From NCBI GenBank assembly GCA_044356215.1, contig JBIKWQ010000001.1:28311-92310 (forward strand): 64,000 nucleotides of DNA, in the 5' to 3' direction. How positions within the stretch are numbered: the stretch's first letter is position 1; the number at the start of each line of letters is the position of its first letter. A program made the position numbers and the translations under genes. Source of the stretch: Bdellovibrionota bacterium (lineage in GTDB: Bacteria; Bdellovibrionota_C; UBA2361; OMII01). Positions 18,754-29,948 of this stretch are shown here, piece after piece. Under the pieces are notes generated by a model. It ran no database searches and was not told the origin of the DNA. It saw nothing but the letters and a program-made list of their open reading frames with translations.

Positions 18754-20991
18754 ATGAAAACACACACACCATTCTCGGCATACACACCTTCATACTGCGC
18801 CTTACCAGAGGCCTCATACACAAGGACTAGTGCAGCTCAACATGACAACCGCGCGGCCTCAGATGCTACTCAACTTAGAGGGACGCGCTGGGCACTTGTT
18901 ATCGTGTGCGCCCTTCTCAACATCTCACACGCAACTGCGCAACCCTCGATAACAAATCCTGCATCCGGGCAATCGCTAAACAATCCGACAGAACTTTACA
19001 TTTATGGGGCCTCCTTCACCGCCCCGCTCCAGAAGGTGCCACAAAGCACAACTGTTGTGCGAGAGCAGCGCCTTCAAGAAAAGGGGGAGAACTCATTTGA
19101 TTATGAAATAGAGTCTATCCCAAACCTTACTTGGTCTGCTGGAACTTCACGACCACGATTTTTCTTGATACGTGGTATCGGAGAACTCGAACAATACCAA
19201 GGGGCACCGAATCCATCTGTAGCAACTATCATCGATTCGATCGACTTTAGCGGATTAGGGCTAGTTACGCCGATGTTCGATATCGATCAGGTCGAGGTTC
19301 TACGCGGACCACAAGGAATCAGGTTTGGCTCGAGTGCCCTTGCAGGAGCGCTCAACGTGCGTTCGCACGATCCGACTGAGTTTACCACCGGACGCCTTGA
19401 GCTTATGGCGGGAAACGATGAATTGTTCGCCGGTGGTGTGGCGGTCGGCGGAGCGATTCCAGAGAGCAACGGAAAGCTTCAACTGCGCTTCTCAGCCTAC
19501 AATTCCCAGAGTGATGGGTTCCGCGATAATGTGTTCCTGCAGCGAGACAACACCAACAAGCGAGACGAATCTCTCGCCAGGCTTAAGCTACGCTATATCC
19601 CCTCCTCAAAGTTATCTTTTGACCTTTCTGTTTGGGGAGTAGAAGCAAATAACGGCTATGATGCCTTTGCTCTAGATAACTCATTTAACACCCAGTCGGA
19701 TAAGCCCGGCCAAGACGCGACCTCGGTTCGCGCTGCTTCATTTGCCACAAATGCCACGCTGTCGGAAGGGGTCGCACTAGAGTCGATCTCATCTATCGCG
19801 CGCACTTCTATAGACTACAGTTATGACGGCGATTGGGGTAACAATCCATTTTGGGGGGCCTATGCCCCATACGACTACTTCTCTGATTCGGGTCGCACCA
19901 GAAAGGTATTAAGCCAAGAGTTTCGCCTGCGTTCCCCAGATGACGCTACTTACCAACACGGAGAATCGTGGCGTTGGTTAACAGGAGTGTTTGCTCAGCG
20001 ACTAACCGAGGACACTTCGACGCTCGAGTTAGCAGATAATGTTGCGTACAATGACATCTCCAGCGATTACCTGGCGCGAACTGGCGCAATTTTTGGAGAC
20101 CTTGAGGTGCCACTAAGCCATGGCTTCTCCCTTGTGCCAGGCCTACGCCTTGAACAACGCAACACTCGTTACGACGATTCTAGGAGTGCCGATTTTTCAC
20201 CGACCTACTCGATGCTCGGTGGCTCAACAGCTATTCAAAAGGATCTTACTGAATCCGTTCGTGGATATCTCTCGGTATCGCGTGGATACAAAGGTGGTGG
20301 CTTTAATCCAGGAACACGCGTTCCTACGGAGAGACGCCAGTATGACCCCGAGTATCTGTGGAACTTTGAATTAGGAACTAAGGGGACATTCCTCGATAAG
20401 AAACTCTCCTCGAACCTAGCGTTATTTTACAATCTACGACGCGATCAACAGCTTAAATTCGCCATACAAGACAACCCGTCGGATCCTCTCTCTTTTACCT
20501 ACCTCACCGAGAGCTCTGCTGAGGGACGCTCTATCGGTTTAGAGCTTGAAAATACTTATCAAGCTCTTCCCTGGTGGCAACTCTTTGTATCTGGATCACT
20601 CCTTGATTCTGAATTCACATCTGTTCCATCAGAGAGTAGCGACCTTCAAGGGCGCGCATTTTCGGTTGCTCCATCGTGGCAGTACTCAGCAGGAACCCGC
20701 GCAGATTTTGGTCATGGAGTTTTCGGGCGAATAGAGATTACTGGAAAGGATGCGTTTTACTTCGATGATAGTCATAACCAACATAGCTCCCCCTACGCCC
20801 TCTTTAATGCATCACTCGGATGGCGTCATGATCGCTGGCAGGTTCTGCTCTGGAGCAGAAACCTCCTCAATGAAAGGTATGATGTGCGTGGCTTCTACTT
20901 TGGAAACGAGCCCCCGGATTTCCCAAACAGGCTCTATGTCCAGCGGGGAGATCCAAGAGCGTTCGGATGTACGCTGTCGTACAATTTTTAG
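18754..20991 (+). CDS. TonB-dependent receptor, probably thiamine or thiamine-precursor uptake
   Basis: Plug motifs IRGIG and VEVLRGPQG..FG..ALAG, SRGYKGGGFN, terminal YNF; under a TPP riboswitch. Confidence 0.9.
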   Translation: MKTHTPFSAYTPSYCALPEASYTRTSAAQHDNRAASDATQLRGTRWALVIVCALLNISHATAQPSITNPASGQSLNNPTELYIYGASFTAPLQKVPQSTTVVREQRLQEKGENSFDYEIESIPNLTWSAGTSRPRFFLIRGIGELEQYQGAPNPSVATIIDSIDFSGLGLVTPMFDIDQVEVLRGPQGIRFGSSALAGALNVRSHDPTEFTTGRLELMAGNDELFAGGVAVGGAIPESNGKLQLRFSAYNSQSDGFRDNVFLQRDNTNKRDESLARLKLRYIPSSKLSFDLSVWGVEANNGYDAFALDNSFNTQSDKPGQDATSVRAASFATNATLSEGVALESISSIARTSIDYSYDGDWGNNPFWGAYAPYDYFSDSGRTRKVLSQEFRLRSPDDATYQHGESWRWLTGVFAQRLTEDTSTLELADNVAYNDISSDYLARTGAIFGDLEVPLSHGFSLVPGLRLEQRNTRYDDSRSADFSPTYSMLGGSTAIQKDLTESVRGYLSVSRGYKGGGFNPGTRVPTERRQYDPEYLWNFELGTKGTFLDKKLSSNLALFYNLRRDQQLKFAIQDNPSDPLSFTYLTESSAEGRSIGLELENTYQALPWWQLFVSGSLLDSEFTSVPSESSDLQGRAFSVAPSWQYSAGTRADFGHGVFGRIEITGKDAFYFDDSHNQHSSPYALFNASLGWRHDRWQVLLWSRNLLNERYDVRGFYFGNEPPDFPNRLYVQRGDPRAFGCTLSYNF

Positions 20992-21035
20992 ACGCAGCAC
21001 CGGCCACTATCATTGAGCACCACCGACAGCCCCTT

Positions 21036-21698
21036 CTATGCTGTCAACATACATCCAGCAGAGCCATGTATAAAAAAAAGAACACCTTTGTGGACTGTAA
21101 CTGATACGGACTCGCTCACAGCTTTATTGCTCAATCCTCGACTACCCGCCGTTAATGTTTCAGAGTTTAGTGGCCACTCAACACCGGTAATTGTCACAGA
21201 TGCACCATCTCCCCGAGGGACTAGGGAGATCGTGTCACCACACGCCACATCGCCAGGATAGTAAGAGCACTCCTTACCTCCTTCACTCGAGAGCACTCGA
21301 CACGTCATCATGCCATCATGTAATACAATCGCCACCCTGCGGTGATATCGTTCGAGCACCGATAAAATCACGAGCGCATGATCAATGCGCCCTGTAAGGT
21401 TGGCAACGACAAGTATCTCGTTCATGTCACGAGCTATCGCCAGCTCTAAGCATTTCTCAAAATCATTTGTTTCCTGGCAATCAAGCTGCACGTATTCACT
21501 GCTGGGAAACCGTGTCAGCACTCCCGCGTGTTTTATTGAATCAAAGTCTCCGCAAATGACATGCGGGGCGAAGTCCTCGGGCAGATGCCTTACCGCACCA
21601 TCTGCCGCGATAATTAACTCAGCGCCCTGAGCAATCGCAGCGATATCAAGGGTACCAACGTCAGGAGCATTAAGAACGATACAAGCTTTGCGACTCAT
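21036..21698 (-). CDS. thiN: thiamine pyrophosphokinase
   Basis: IAADGA, ICGDFDS, QETNDFEK, GRIDH, G..WPL, GLSN. Confidence 0.9.
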   Translation of the reverse strand: MSRKACIVLNAPDVGTLDIAAIAQGAELIIAADGAVRHLPEDFAPHVICGDFDSIKHAGVLTRFPSSEYVQLDCQETNDFEKCLELAIARDMNEILVVANLTGRIDHALVILSVLERYHRRVAIVLHDGMMTCRVLSSEGGKECSYYPGDVACGDTISLVPRGDGASVTITGVEWPLNSETLTAGSRGLSNKAVSESVSVTVHKGVLFFIHGSAGCMLTA

Positions 21699-21893
21699 GG
21701 AAATTAGCGTAGCGCACTAGTAGCGAGGAATTCAAGGCCGCTTCATTTTCGAGGTATTTCCGGCGTAGGTTTGACTTTAGCCTAGGCAATAGCGAGAGGA
21801 CTTGCATTAGAAAATAGAGTATAACAACCAGGCCCAGCGGGCCCCCTCGGCTCCGCCTAATTTGGGTAGTTATATCACTAAGGGACTTGGCAA

Positions 21894-22631
21894 ATGGATC
21901 TTAAAATCAAAGGAAAAAGAGCTCTTGTTTTCGCTTCTTCTGAAGGGCTAGGAAAAGCTATAGCAAAGGAACTCTCCGCGGAAGGTGTTAGAGTGATTAT
22001 CAGCTCTCGCAACTCTGAGAAGCTGGCTTCCACCGCCCAAGAGATTGGAGCGGCCGGTTTTATTACTTGCGATCTCTTACATAAGGGAGCGGCACGTGAA
22101 CTCACCAGAGCCGCTATTGAGAAACTTGGGGGGCTAGATATTTTAGTAACCAACGCCGGGGGACCTCCAACCGGTGTATTCAAAGATATAACGATAGAGC
22201 AATGGGAATCTTCATTTCAGTCGCTCTTTATGAGTTTGGTTGAATCAATTCAAGAAGCGTTACCAGAGATGTCTAAAGCTGGATGGGGGCGCATACTGAT
22301 GCTTACATCTGTCGCTGGGAAGGAACCTATTCCTAATTTGACTGTGTCGAGTTCCCTGAGAGCCGGAGTGCATGGGCTTGTTAACGCTATGAGTAAAGAG
22401 ATCGGAGTTAACGGCATCACAATCAACGCTTTAATGCCTACTTTTACCGCGACTGAAAGGCTGAGAGAGCTTCGCCGAAATGAGGAAGAGATGCTTAGCA
22501 AGATTCCGATGAAGAGACTCGGAAAACCTGACGAACTTGGCAAATTAGCCGCGTTTCTGGCTTCTGAGCACGCTGGTTTTATAACGGGACAGGCGATAGC
22601 GTACGATGGTGGGGCTTTGGCGGGTATTTAG
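21894..22631 (+). CDS. short-chain dehydrogenase/reductase
   Basis: ASSEGLGKA, DILVTNAGGPP, NLTVSSSLRA, FITGQ..YDGG. Confidence 0.88.
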   Translation: MDLKIKGKRALVFASSEGLGKAIAKELSAEGVRVIISSRNSEKLASTAQEIGAAGFITCDLLHKGAARELTRAAIEKLGGLDILVTNAGGPPTGVFKDITIEQWESSFQSLFMSLVESIQEALPEMSKAGWGRILMLTSVAGKEPIPNLTVSSSLRAGVHGLVNAMSKEIGVNGITINALMPTFTATERLRELRRNEEEMLSKIPMKRLGKPDELGKLAAFLASEHAGFITGQAIAYDGGALAGI

Positions 22632-22655
22632 GAGTGAGCGTAAAGATAAGGGGAG

Positions 22656-23233
22656 CTAGAGTATTTTCTCAGTCCGGTATCCGAGCGGATCGCTCTGGCC
22701 CCTATCGATGAAACGTTTAATAGGTCGCTTGTAAATAATGATCGCCCGAGGACTATGTAGCACCCCGGAGAGCATAGCAATACCCTGCTCAGTAAAAACA
22801 TACGGCAGATATCTTCGGCCCCCGCGACCTGATTTTGAGATGCCAATTTGGTATCTCAAAGAGCTAACCTCTTGTTCAGACAACTGAAACATAAAATCCT
22901 CGGGAAAGCGTTCACCCTAAAAACGGCAGTTAAGGAGGACTAAAGTGGTGCAGCTGGTTAAAAGCACAAGAGATTTTGAAATTTTCGGCGCGCAACCCTG
23001 GCACCGTCAGGGTGAGCACCAAAAATTCAAAAGCCGCAGTGATTTTAGCCAGATGCGCCGGTTTGGGACCCGCAACTGCCGTTTTTAGGTTCACGGTTTC
23101 TCTGAACCGCGCGCACGAGCGCGCCTGTTTCGGTTCCGTACAATTGAGCAAGGTCTGAATCGAGCATGACCTTGTGATTTCGAATTAAGTATATGTTCTG
23201 CTCTACCAGTCTACGATTCTCTCCCTCTTTCAT
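22656..23233 (-). pseudogene. ORF6N (KilA-N-like) domain gene interrupted by a MITE and 3'-truncated
   Basis: IYLIRNHKVMLDSDLAQLYG...AVQRNRE | RFPEDFMFQL...GRGGRRYLPYVFTEQGIAMLS; removing the insert plus one TTCAC restores the frame. Confidence 0.9.
22916..23089. mobile_element. 174-bp palindromic MITE-like element, family 1, copy B
   Basis: Same TIRs as 2144-2317; direct repeat TTCAC at 22911-22915 and 23090-23094. Confidence 0.93.
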
Positions 23234-23362
23234 ACGCCACCTCAATTTAGATAAACCCCTCTTGTTATCGATAAGATCTGTGATAAGTTGCCAACGAGCA
23301 TAACAAATACCTAGCTCGGAGCGACGAAGCCTGGAAGGACGTGACGCAATCGCTCAAACCAG

Positions 23363-23596
23363 ATGAAACTAGAGACACAAAGACTAATCCTTAGATACTG
23401 GCAGCCATCTGATCGTGATAGCATTGTAGCCGGTCTCAATGATTTATCGGTATCTAAGTGGCTCGCTTTCGCTCCCTATCCCTACACAACTAGGGATGCA
23501 GAAGGCCAAAAGAGAAGGGCCTATCGATGTATGGCTGATGGTGAATTCAAGGACGAATGCATAACCGGATTGCTGGTTGAAGAGTGGGTAAAGTGA
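23363..23596 (+). pseudogene. RimJ/RimL-type GNAT acetyltransferase with internal deletion
   Basis: N-terminal LETQRLILR...PYPYT..DAE fused directly to the C-terminal EG.KR.......D...GLL..EW; acetyl-CoA-binding core absent. Confidence 0.7.
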
Positions 23597-23744
23597 TAAA
23601 CATTGATTTGAGAGGGTCGACAGCGCTCCCGCTCACTGAAATTTTATCCGTCTAGAGGTATTGTGAGGAAGATACTGATAATTTATCTACTAGCCTCATC
23701 ATACGCGGCACTCGATGTTGATTCGCTAGCAAGTAAAGGAATAC

Positions 23745-23860
23745 TTGGCCGCTGAAGCGATGCTAATTCTTGTATCCATGGGTCTCTTTATCTTTCCCGG
23801 GTTGCTCAGCGATGCGCTCGCTTACCTAAGCTTAGTTCCGGTTGTACGGGAAAGACTCAC
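23745..23860 (+). pseudogene. FxsA-like membrane protein remnant
   Basis: LFIFPGLLSDALAYLSLVPVVR resembles the FxsA PG..TD....L.P..R motif; no intact start. Confidence 0.4.
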
Positions 23861-24163
23861 TTATGCAGCCTTCTTTTCCGGCTCAAAGACTATTCTTAGG
23901 CCAGCTGCCTTCAATATTCCATGCAGAGTTGAGAGCCTCGGGTTACCACTCTTAGAGAGCGCGCGATATACAGCTTGTCGGGTTATCCCAGATTTTTTTG
24001 ATAGTCTCGAAAAATTTGTCTTTCTGGCCTCTAGAACATTTTTAACTGCTAGTAAAAACGCCTCTTGCGACTCCGTCTCTAGCACATCAGCCAAGTATCC
24101 TGCGGCGTATTCCGGGTCTTTTAGCCGCCTGAGAAGGGTTGTCTTATAATCTTTAGTTCTCAC
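23861..24163 (-). CDS. addiction module antidote protein (HTH antitoxin, HI1420-like)
   Basis: L.DPEYAAGYL...L, S.L....GITRQ..YRALS..GNP.L.T...IL. Confidence 0.9.
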   Translation of the reverse strand: MRTKDYKTTLLRRLKDPEYAAGYLADVLETESQEAFLLAVKNVLEARKTNFSRLSKKSGITRQAVYRALSKSGNPRLSTLHGILKAAGLRIVFEPEKKAA

Positions 24164-24479
24164 TGTATCTTCTCCACAGAATCTTCGCCTTATCGATGTC
24201 CTTTTTTTGAGAGGCTTTGTCCCCTCCGCCTATCAAGACAACCACCTCGTCTCCTCTAAGACCATAGTATACGCGGAGTCCTGGACCTTTCATGATCCGC
24301 AACTCATATACTCCTGACCCGAGAGCTTTGTGATCTCCGAAGTTGCCGACTGACAAGCGAGTTAAGCGGGAGTCGACTGCCCGTTGCAATGCCGTCGTTA
24401 ACTTATCGTGCCACTCTTCGAACGGGACTTTTCCCGAGTCGAGCCGCAACATTACAATTTTTCGCTCGCGGATATTCAC
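24153..24479 (-). CDS. RelE/HigB-like addiction module killer protein (HI1419-like)
   Basis: G..PF..W, RL..GNFGD.K....GV.ELRI..GPG.RVYY, GGDK..Q..DI..A; overlaps the antitoxin start. Confidence 0.92.
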   Translation of the reverse strand: MNIRERKIVMLRLDSGKVPFEEWHDKLTTALQRAVDSRLTRLSVGNFGDHKALGSGVYELRIMKGPGLRVYYGLRGDEVVVLIGGGDKASQKKDIDKAKILWRRYSEN

Positions 24480-24487
24480 TAATATAG

Positions 24488-24505
24488 TGTAAACTATAAG
24501 TTACA
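24488..24505. promoter_or_regulatory. putative TA autoregulatory operator
   Basis: TGTAA-ACTATAAG-TTACA inverted repeat 9 nt upstream of the toxin start. Confidence 0.5.
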
Positions 24506-24812
24506 GTAAGGCAATCAAACATTTTTCTTAATCCCGCGGTCGACAAGATGTTACGGGATAACATGCCAAATCAGGGAACTAGGTCGTGAACGACTTATGT
24601 CGCGGCGCTTTGACCTCACCTATCGCCCTAGCAGAAAGCAGCAACGCAAGCCCTAACTCATTGCTCCGGTGAATACAGATGCGTGACAGATTATTTGAAC
24701 AGCCACATTCAACTCTCGGATACCGGTGCTCTTCCGCGCAAAATTGTCCTTCGGACGATCCGCAATGGCAAATTTGAATTGACCCAAATGGCGCCTCTAC
24801 CCGTAAAACAAC

Positions 24813-24916
24813 CCTAAAACAAGCAGTTGCGGCCCTGCAAATGGCACATCTGCTCAAAAGCCGAAGTGGTTTTGAGCAGACGCACCATTTACAGAGCCGC
24901 AACTACTGTCTTTAGG
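24813..24916. mobile_element. short 104-bp diverged relative of palindromic family 1
   Basis: CCTAAAACAAGCAGTTGCGG...CCGCAACTACTGTCTTTAGG; whole element folds back; no target duplication. Confidence 0.7.
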
Positions 24917-25047
24917 TTTAATTCACGTCACAAAAATTCGAAGAACGCCTCAAGGTTCGCTGTCGCGGCGGGGAAAGATTTTACCTCGCCCCCCCCTCCC
25001 CTAAGAGGTATAGTGAACGGCACATACACTTGCCACTCGTACATTTA

Positions 25048-25443
25048 TTAGGACTCTCCAATAACTATGTCATAGTCTTTTTCAAAATCTGGATAGCAGC
25101 ACCGAATCGCTGCATTGATATCCAAGCTTGAAAATTCCTCATAACGAGGATGGGCTTCATCAATAAAATCAATCTTCTTATTAGTCAGAAGCTGCATTTT
25201 CTCCCGAAGCACTTCTTTTTCTTGAAGGCCTGTTTTTGTCGTAAAAAGCAACAGGGTTCGTTGATCTGGGAGAATCTCAACTGGGATCAGCTTATCATCC
25301 CAGGCGACAGATCCTGCAACTAATCTCAAGACATTTGCGCCGATCAATTCAGCTAGCTGTATTTCTCGCTGATTCGATGATTGTCTCAGCGTATTATCGG
25401 AAGCACTTGCGATTACTGGAACATTATTCTGATGTTGAACCAT
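25048..25443 (-). CDS. hypothetical protein, possibly a stand-alone GspE/PilB N-terminal-like domain
   Basis: LIPV....TL........L....LT.KKI.F........DI.AAI...Y weakly recalls T2SSE_N; AT-rich. Confidence 0.4.
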   Translation of the reverse strand: MVQHQNNVPVIASASDNTLRQSSNQREIQLAELIGANVLRLVAGSVAWDDKLIPVEILPDQRTLLLFTTKTGLQEKEVLREKMQLLTNKKIDFIDEAHPRYEEFSSLDINAAIRCCYPDFEKDYDIVIGES

Positions 25444-25747
25444 AGCTTACCAATAAATAAAAGTTCATAGTCCAGGCTCTACCAAGATTCATGTCATATC
25501 CTACCACAGTTATTTTTGCCAGTCTATTGACAGCTACTGTCTTTGGAATTGCCCCGGCTTATAATCACCAGACCATTCTGAAATGTAGGCACTTTTTTCT
25601 AGGAACTGACTACCAATGGGAGACAACTAGTTACCCACACTGGTCCTAGGTCAGCTAACCGATCGTTCCGCCGAAAGATCATGGCCTAACCAAGTGGGGT
25701 TCCCGAGTGACAAACCCCGCGTGCTCATCACACACGGGCCCCCTCCC

Positions 25748-28700
25748 CTAAAACAATCCCTGCAGAGTCTCTAAAGAGGTCTGATTCATCTTGTAATCAG
25801 ACTGAGGCTTCTTAGCCTCAGTGCCAGGCTCCTCTCCCTCTACACGAACGTGACGCTGACCGTACGCCGCAACTCCGGAGCCAGCCGGAATTAGACGGCC
25901 CATGATTACGTTCTCTTTTAGTCCACGTAGGGTATCAACCTTACCGGATACAGCCGCCTCTGTGAGAACCTTTGTGGTCTCTTGGAAGCTCGCCGCTGAG
26001 ATAAACGAATCAGTTGAGAGCGCTGCCTTGGTGATACCCAAGAGAAGCGGCTCATAGGTAGCTGGCTTACCACCGTTAGCTACTACACGCTGATTCTCAT
26101 CTATCACTCTGAAACGCTCTACGTTATCACCGATCAGGAAGCTGCTATCGCCGAACTCACTGATCTTAACACGCTTAAGCATCTGACGAACGATTACCTC
26201 GATGTGCTTATCGTTGATGCGCACACCCTGTAATCGGTAGATCTCCTGTACCTCGTTTACTAGGTAAGCTGCGAGAGCCTTAACTCCCTCAATACGGAGG
26301 ATGTCATGCGGGTTAACCGATCCATCGGTGAGAACCTCACCAGCCTTTACTCGGTCTCCACGCTGAACCACAACGTGCTTAGTCTTAGCTACTAGGTACT
26401 CACGCGGCTCTCCAAAGTCAGGAGTTACCACGATCTTACGCTTACCGCGGGAATCCTCACCGAAATCAACGACTCCATCAACATCGCTGACAACCGCTGG
26501 ATCCTTTGGCTTACGAGCCTCGAGCAACTCAACTACTCGTGGAAGACCTCCAGTAATATCCTTGGTCTTAGTCGTAGCGCGCTCGCGCTTAGCGATAACA
26601 TCTCCGGCGTCGATATCTGAGTTGTGCTCAACTACAAGTCTTACACCAACCGGCAGGTTGTAGACTCGAGTATCTCCGTTCTCGCCGTGAATCACGATAC
26701 GAGGACGTAGGTCGCTGCTCTTATCCTTGGCTTGAACGATCTCTCGCTCTGCGAATCCAGTGCGCTCATCAGTGCGCTCTTCCATCGTATACTCAGATAC
26801 GTCAACCCACTCAACGCGACCAGCAAGCTCGCTCAAGATAGGAATCGTAAATGGATCCCACTCGCTCAATAGCGCGCCAGGCTTAACTTCCTGTCCTTCC
26901 TCTACACGGAGACGAGCTCCGTATACGAGCTGGTGACGCTCGCGCTCACGACCATCACCCTTATCGACGATAACGATCTCACTCTTGCGGCTCATCACCA
27001 CAGAGGTACCGTCGCGACGACGTGCCAGACGAACTCCATCCAACTGGATTGCTCCAGCGTAACGAGCCTCTAAAGATGTAGATTCAGCGCGCCCAAGAGC
27101 CGCTCCTCCGATGTGGAACGTTCTCATGGTTAGCTGAGTACCAGGCTCACCGATTGACTGCGCGGCGATAACACCAACAGCCTCTCCCATGTTAACCAAG
27201 TGACCTCGAGCAAGATCACGCCCGTAGCACAAGCTACAAACACCACGCTCGGATTCGCACGTTAATACGGACCGAATCAGAACTGTATCGAGCCCGGCAT
27301 TTGAGATCTTAGTGGCCAACTCCTCGTCGATCTGTTGATTACGGGAAACGAGAATCTCATTGGTGATCGGATCACGAACGTCCTCGCCCGCTGTCCTTCC
27401 AAGGATGCGGTTGTACAAGCTCTCGATCTCCTCACCGCCCTCGATGAGCGCTGACATATCAAGACCTTCCATTGTTCCGCAATCGTAATCACCAACGATG
27501 CTGTCCTGCGCTACGTCAACCAGCTTACGAGTTAGGTAACCCGAACTAGCTGTCTTAAGCGCGGTATCAGCAAGACCCTTACGAGCTCCGTGCGTTGATA
27601 CGAAGTACTGAAGAACCGTTAGACCCTCACGGAGGTTAGCCTTAATCGGCTGCTCAATGATCGATCCATCTGGCTTAGCCATGAGACCACGCATTCCACC
27701 TAGCTGACGGATCTGCTGGCTGGAACCACGCGCGCCCGAATCAGCCATGATGAAGATCGGGTTAAACGACGGGCCACGCTTTGTCTCTCCATTAGACTCA
27801 GCCTTGAACTCAGTCGAAGAGATTGTCTCCATCATGTCGTTGGCGATACGATCACCCACGTCAGACCAGATATCGATGACCTTATTGTAGCGCTCACCGG
27901 ATGTAACCAAACCTTCTCTGTATTGATTATCGATCTCAGCTACCTTGCCGTCCGCCTCAGCTAGAAGCCCCTTCTTAGCATCAGGGATTACCATGTCGTG
28001 AACTCCGATTGAGATTCCCGAAATAGTAGCGAAGTAGTATCCGTTGTCTTTTAGCTTGTCAGCTAAAAGAACAGTCGCTTTATTTCCAGCCACACGGAAG
28101 CACTCGTCGATTAGCTGCGAGATCTCCTTCTTCTTCATCACTTTGTTGAAGTGAGAGAAAGGAAGAACCTTTGGACATAGGTGGTAGAGAAGCGTGCGAC
28201 CTACTGTGGTCGATACCAACTCACCATCGATGCGCACACGGATCTTAGCTTGGAGATGTGTCTCATGAGACTGCCAAGCTAACCAAACCTCATCTGGTCC
28301 GGTGTAAACTTTATTCTCTCCTAAAGCGAATGGTCGCTCACGGGTCATGTAGTACAGACCAAGAACGATATCCTGCGATGGAACGATGATCGGCTTACCG
28401 TTCGCTGGGCTCAAGATGTTGTTTGTTGACATCATCAAGACCCGAGACTCAACCTGCGCCTCAATCGAGAGCGGAACGTGAACCGCCATCTGGTCGCCGT
28501 CGAAGTCCGCGTTAAACGCCGTACAAACTAGAGGATGAAGCTGAATCGCCTTACCCTCGATTAGGATCGGCTCGAAAGCTTGAATTCCCAATCTGTGTAG
28601 TGTCGGAGCTCGGTTTAGAAGAACTGGATGTTCGCGAATAACCTCGTCGAGGATATCCCAAACAACTGGTTTCTCCTTCTCAACCATCTTCTTAGCGCTC

Positions 28701-29884
28701 TTGATCGTAGTTACATAACCACGCTCTTCGAGCTTGTTGTAAATGAAAGGCTTAAACAACTCGAGAGCCATCTTCTTCGGCAATCCGCACTGATGCAGAC
28801 GAAGCTCTGGACCAACCACGATTACTGAGCGGCCCGAGTAGTCAACACGCTTACCAAGGAGGTTCTGACGGAAACGACCGCCCTTACCCTTTAGCATGTC
28901 GCTCAAAGACTTGAGCGGACGCTTGTTTGGACCGGTAATTGTGCGGCCACGACGACCGTTGTCAAACAATGCGTCTACCGACTCCTGAAGCATACGCTTC
29001 TCGTTGCGGATGATAATATCAGGGGCATTAAGCTCCATTAATCTCTTAAGACGGTTGTTACGATTGATCACACGACGATACAGATCGTTTAGATCGCTGG
29101 TAGCGAAACGGCCACCATCAAGTGGAACCAACGGACGGAGATCCGGAGGAATAACCGGAACAACGCTCAGAATCATCCACTCCGGCTTGTTATCGCTCTG
29201 CTGGAATGAGGTAAGAACCTTAAGACGCTTAGCAAGCTTCTTCTTCTTAGCCTCAGATGTAACCTCCTTCATCTCCTCTCTTAGCTCAGCGCAGAGGGGA
29301 TCAACGTCGATCGCCTTTAGGAGAGTAAGTATCGCCTCGGCTCCCATGCCAGCCTCGAATGACGAGCCAAACTCCTCACGAGCCGCGCGATAATCGCGCT
29401 CAGCGAGAAGCTCACCCATCTTGAGGTTTGACTTACCTGGATCGGTAACAACATAACTCTCGAAGTAAAGAACCTTCTCGAGGTCTCTTAAAGTTAAATC
29501 GAGGATGTTTCCGATACGGCTCGGCAAGCTCTTAAGGAACCAGATGTGCGCCACTGGGCACGCAAGCTCGATGTGTCCCATGCGCTCACGACGCACCTTG
29601 GACTGGATTACCTCTACACCGCACTTCTCGCAGACTACGCCACGGTGGCGAAGACGCTTATACTTACCGCAGATACATTCGTAATCTTTTACTGGACCGA
29701 AGATCTTGGCGCAGAAGAGACCATCTCGCTCAGGCTTTAGAGTTCTATAGTTGATCGTCTCTGGCTTGGTAACCTCACCAAAGGACCATCCACGGATCCT
29801 CTCTGGGCTCGCGATCGAGATCTTGAGCGCGTTGAACTTAATTGGATTCTTTGGTCGTTCGAACAAGTTAAATAAGTCGTCCAT
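25748..29884 (-). CDS. rpoC: DNA-directed RNA polymerase subunit beta'
   Basis: [12 protein letters not shown], Zn finger CICGKYK...[17 protein letters not shown]. Confidence 0.99.
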   Translation of the reverse strand: MDDLFNLFERPKNPIKFNALKISIASPERIRGWSFGEVTKPETINYRTLKPERDGLFCAKIFGPVKDYECICGKYKRLRHRGVVCEKCGVEVIQSKVRRERMGHIELACPVAHIWFLKSLPSRIGNILDLTLRDLEKVLYFESYVVTDPGKSNLKMGELLAERDYRAAREEFGSSFEAGMGAEAILTLLKAIDVDPLCAELREEMKEVTSEAKKKKLAKRLKVLTSFQQSDNKPEWMILSVVPVIPPDLRPLVPLDGGRFATSDLNDLYRRVINRNNRLKRLMELNAPDIIIRNEKRMLQESVDALFDNGRRGRTITGPNKRPLKSLSDMLKGKGGRFRQNLLGKRVDYSGRSVIVVGPELRLHQCGLPKKMALELFKPFIYNKLEERGYVTTIKSAKKMVEKEKPVVWDILDEVIREHPVLLNRAPTLHRLGIQAFEPILIEGKAIQLHPLVCTAFNADFDGDQMAVHVPLSIEAQVESRVLMMSTNNILSPANGKPIIVPSQDIVLGLYYMTRERPFALGENKVYTGPDEVWLAWQSHETHLQAKIRVRIDGELVSTTVGRTLLYHLCPKVLPFSHFNKVMKKKEISQLIDECFRVAGNKATVLLADKLKDNGYYFATISGISIGVHDMVIPDAKKGLLAEADGKVAEIDNQYREGLVTSGERYNKVIDIWSDVGDRIANDMMETISSTEFKAESNGETKRGPSFNPIFIMADSGARGSSQQIRQLGGMRGLMAKPDGSIIEQPIKANLREGLTVLQYFVSTHGARKGLADTALKTASSGYLTRKLVDVAQDSIVGDYDCGTMEGLDMSALIEGGEEIESLYNRILGRTAGEDVRDPITNEILVSRNQQIDEELATKISNAGLDTVLIRSVLTCESERGVCSLCYGRDLARGHLVNMGEAVGVIAAQSIGEPGTQLTMRTFHIGGAALGRAESTSLEARYAGAIQLDGVRLARRRDGTSVVMSRKSEIVIVDKGDGRERERHQLVYGARLRVEEGQEVKPGALLSEWDPFTIPILSELAGRVEWVDVSEYTMEERTDERTGFAEREIVQAKDKSSDLRPRIVIHGENGDTRVYNLPVGVRLVVEHNSDIDAGDVIAKRERATTKTKDITGGLPRVVELLEARKPKDPAVVSDVDGVVDFGEDSRGKRKIVVTPDFGEPREYLVAKTKHVVVQRGDRVKAGEVLTDGSVNPHDILRIEGVKALAAYLVNEVQEIYRLQGVRINDKHIEVIVRQMLKRVKISEFGDSSFLIGDNVERFRVIDENQRVVANGGKPATYEPLLLGITKAALSTDSFISAASFQETTKVLTEAAVSGKVDTLRGLKENVIMGRLIPAGSGVAAYGQRHVRVEGEEPGTEAKKPQSDYKMNQTSLETLQGLF

Positions 29885-29948
29885 TTATCATCCCTCTAGT
29901 TTGAAATCTGAAAGCGCGGCCGGCTGAATTAGCCGGCCGCTAAAGCCA

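Noticed and set aside
22632..25443. Integron cassette array (TA, GNAT, ORF6N)
   Set aside because: No intI and no convincing attC sites (RYYYAAC...GTTRRRY); genes are in mixed orientations; the palindromes have TIR/TSD features instead.
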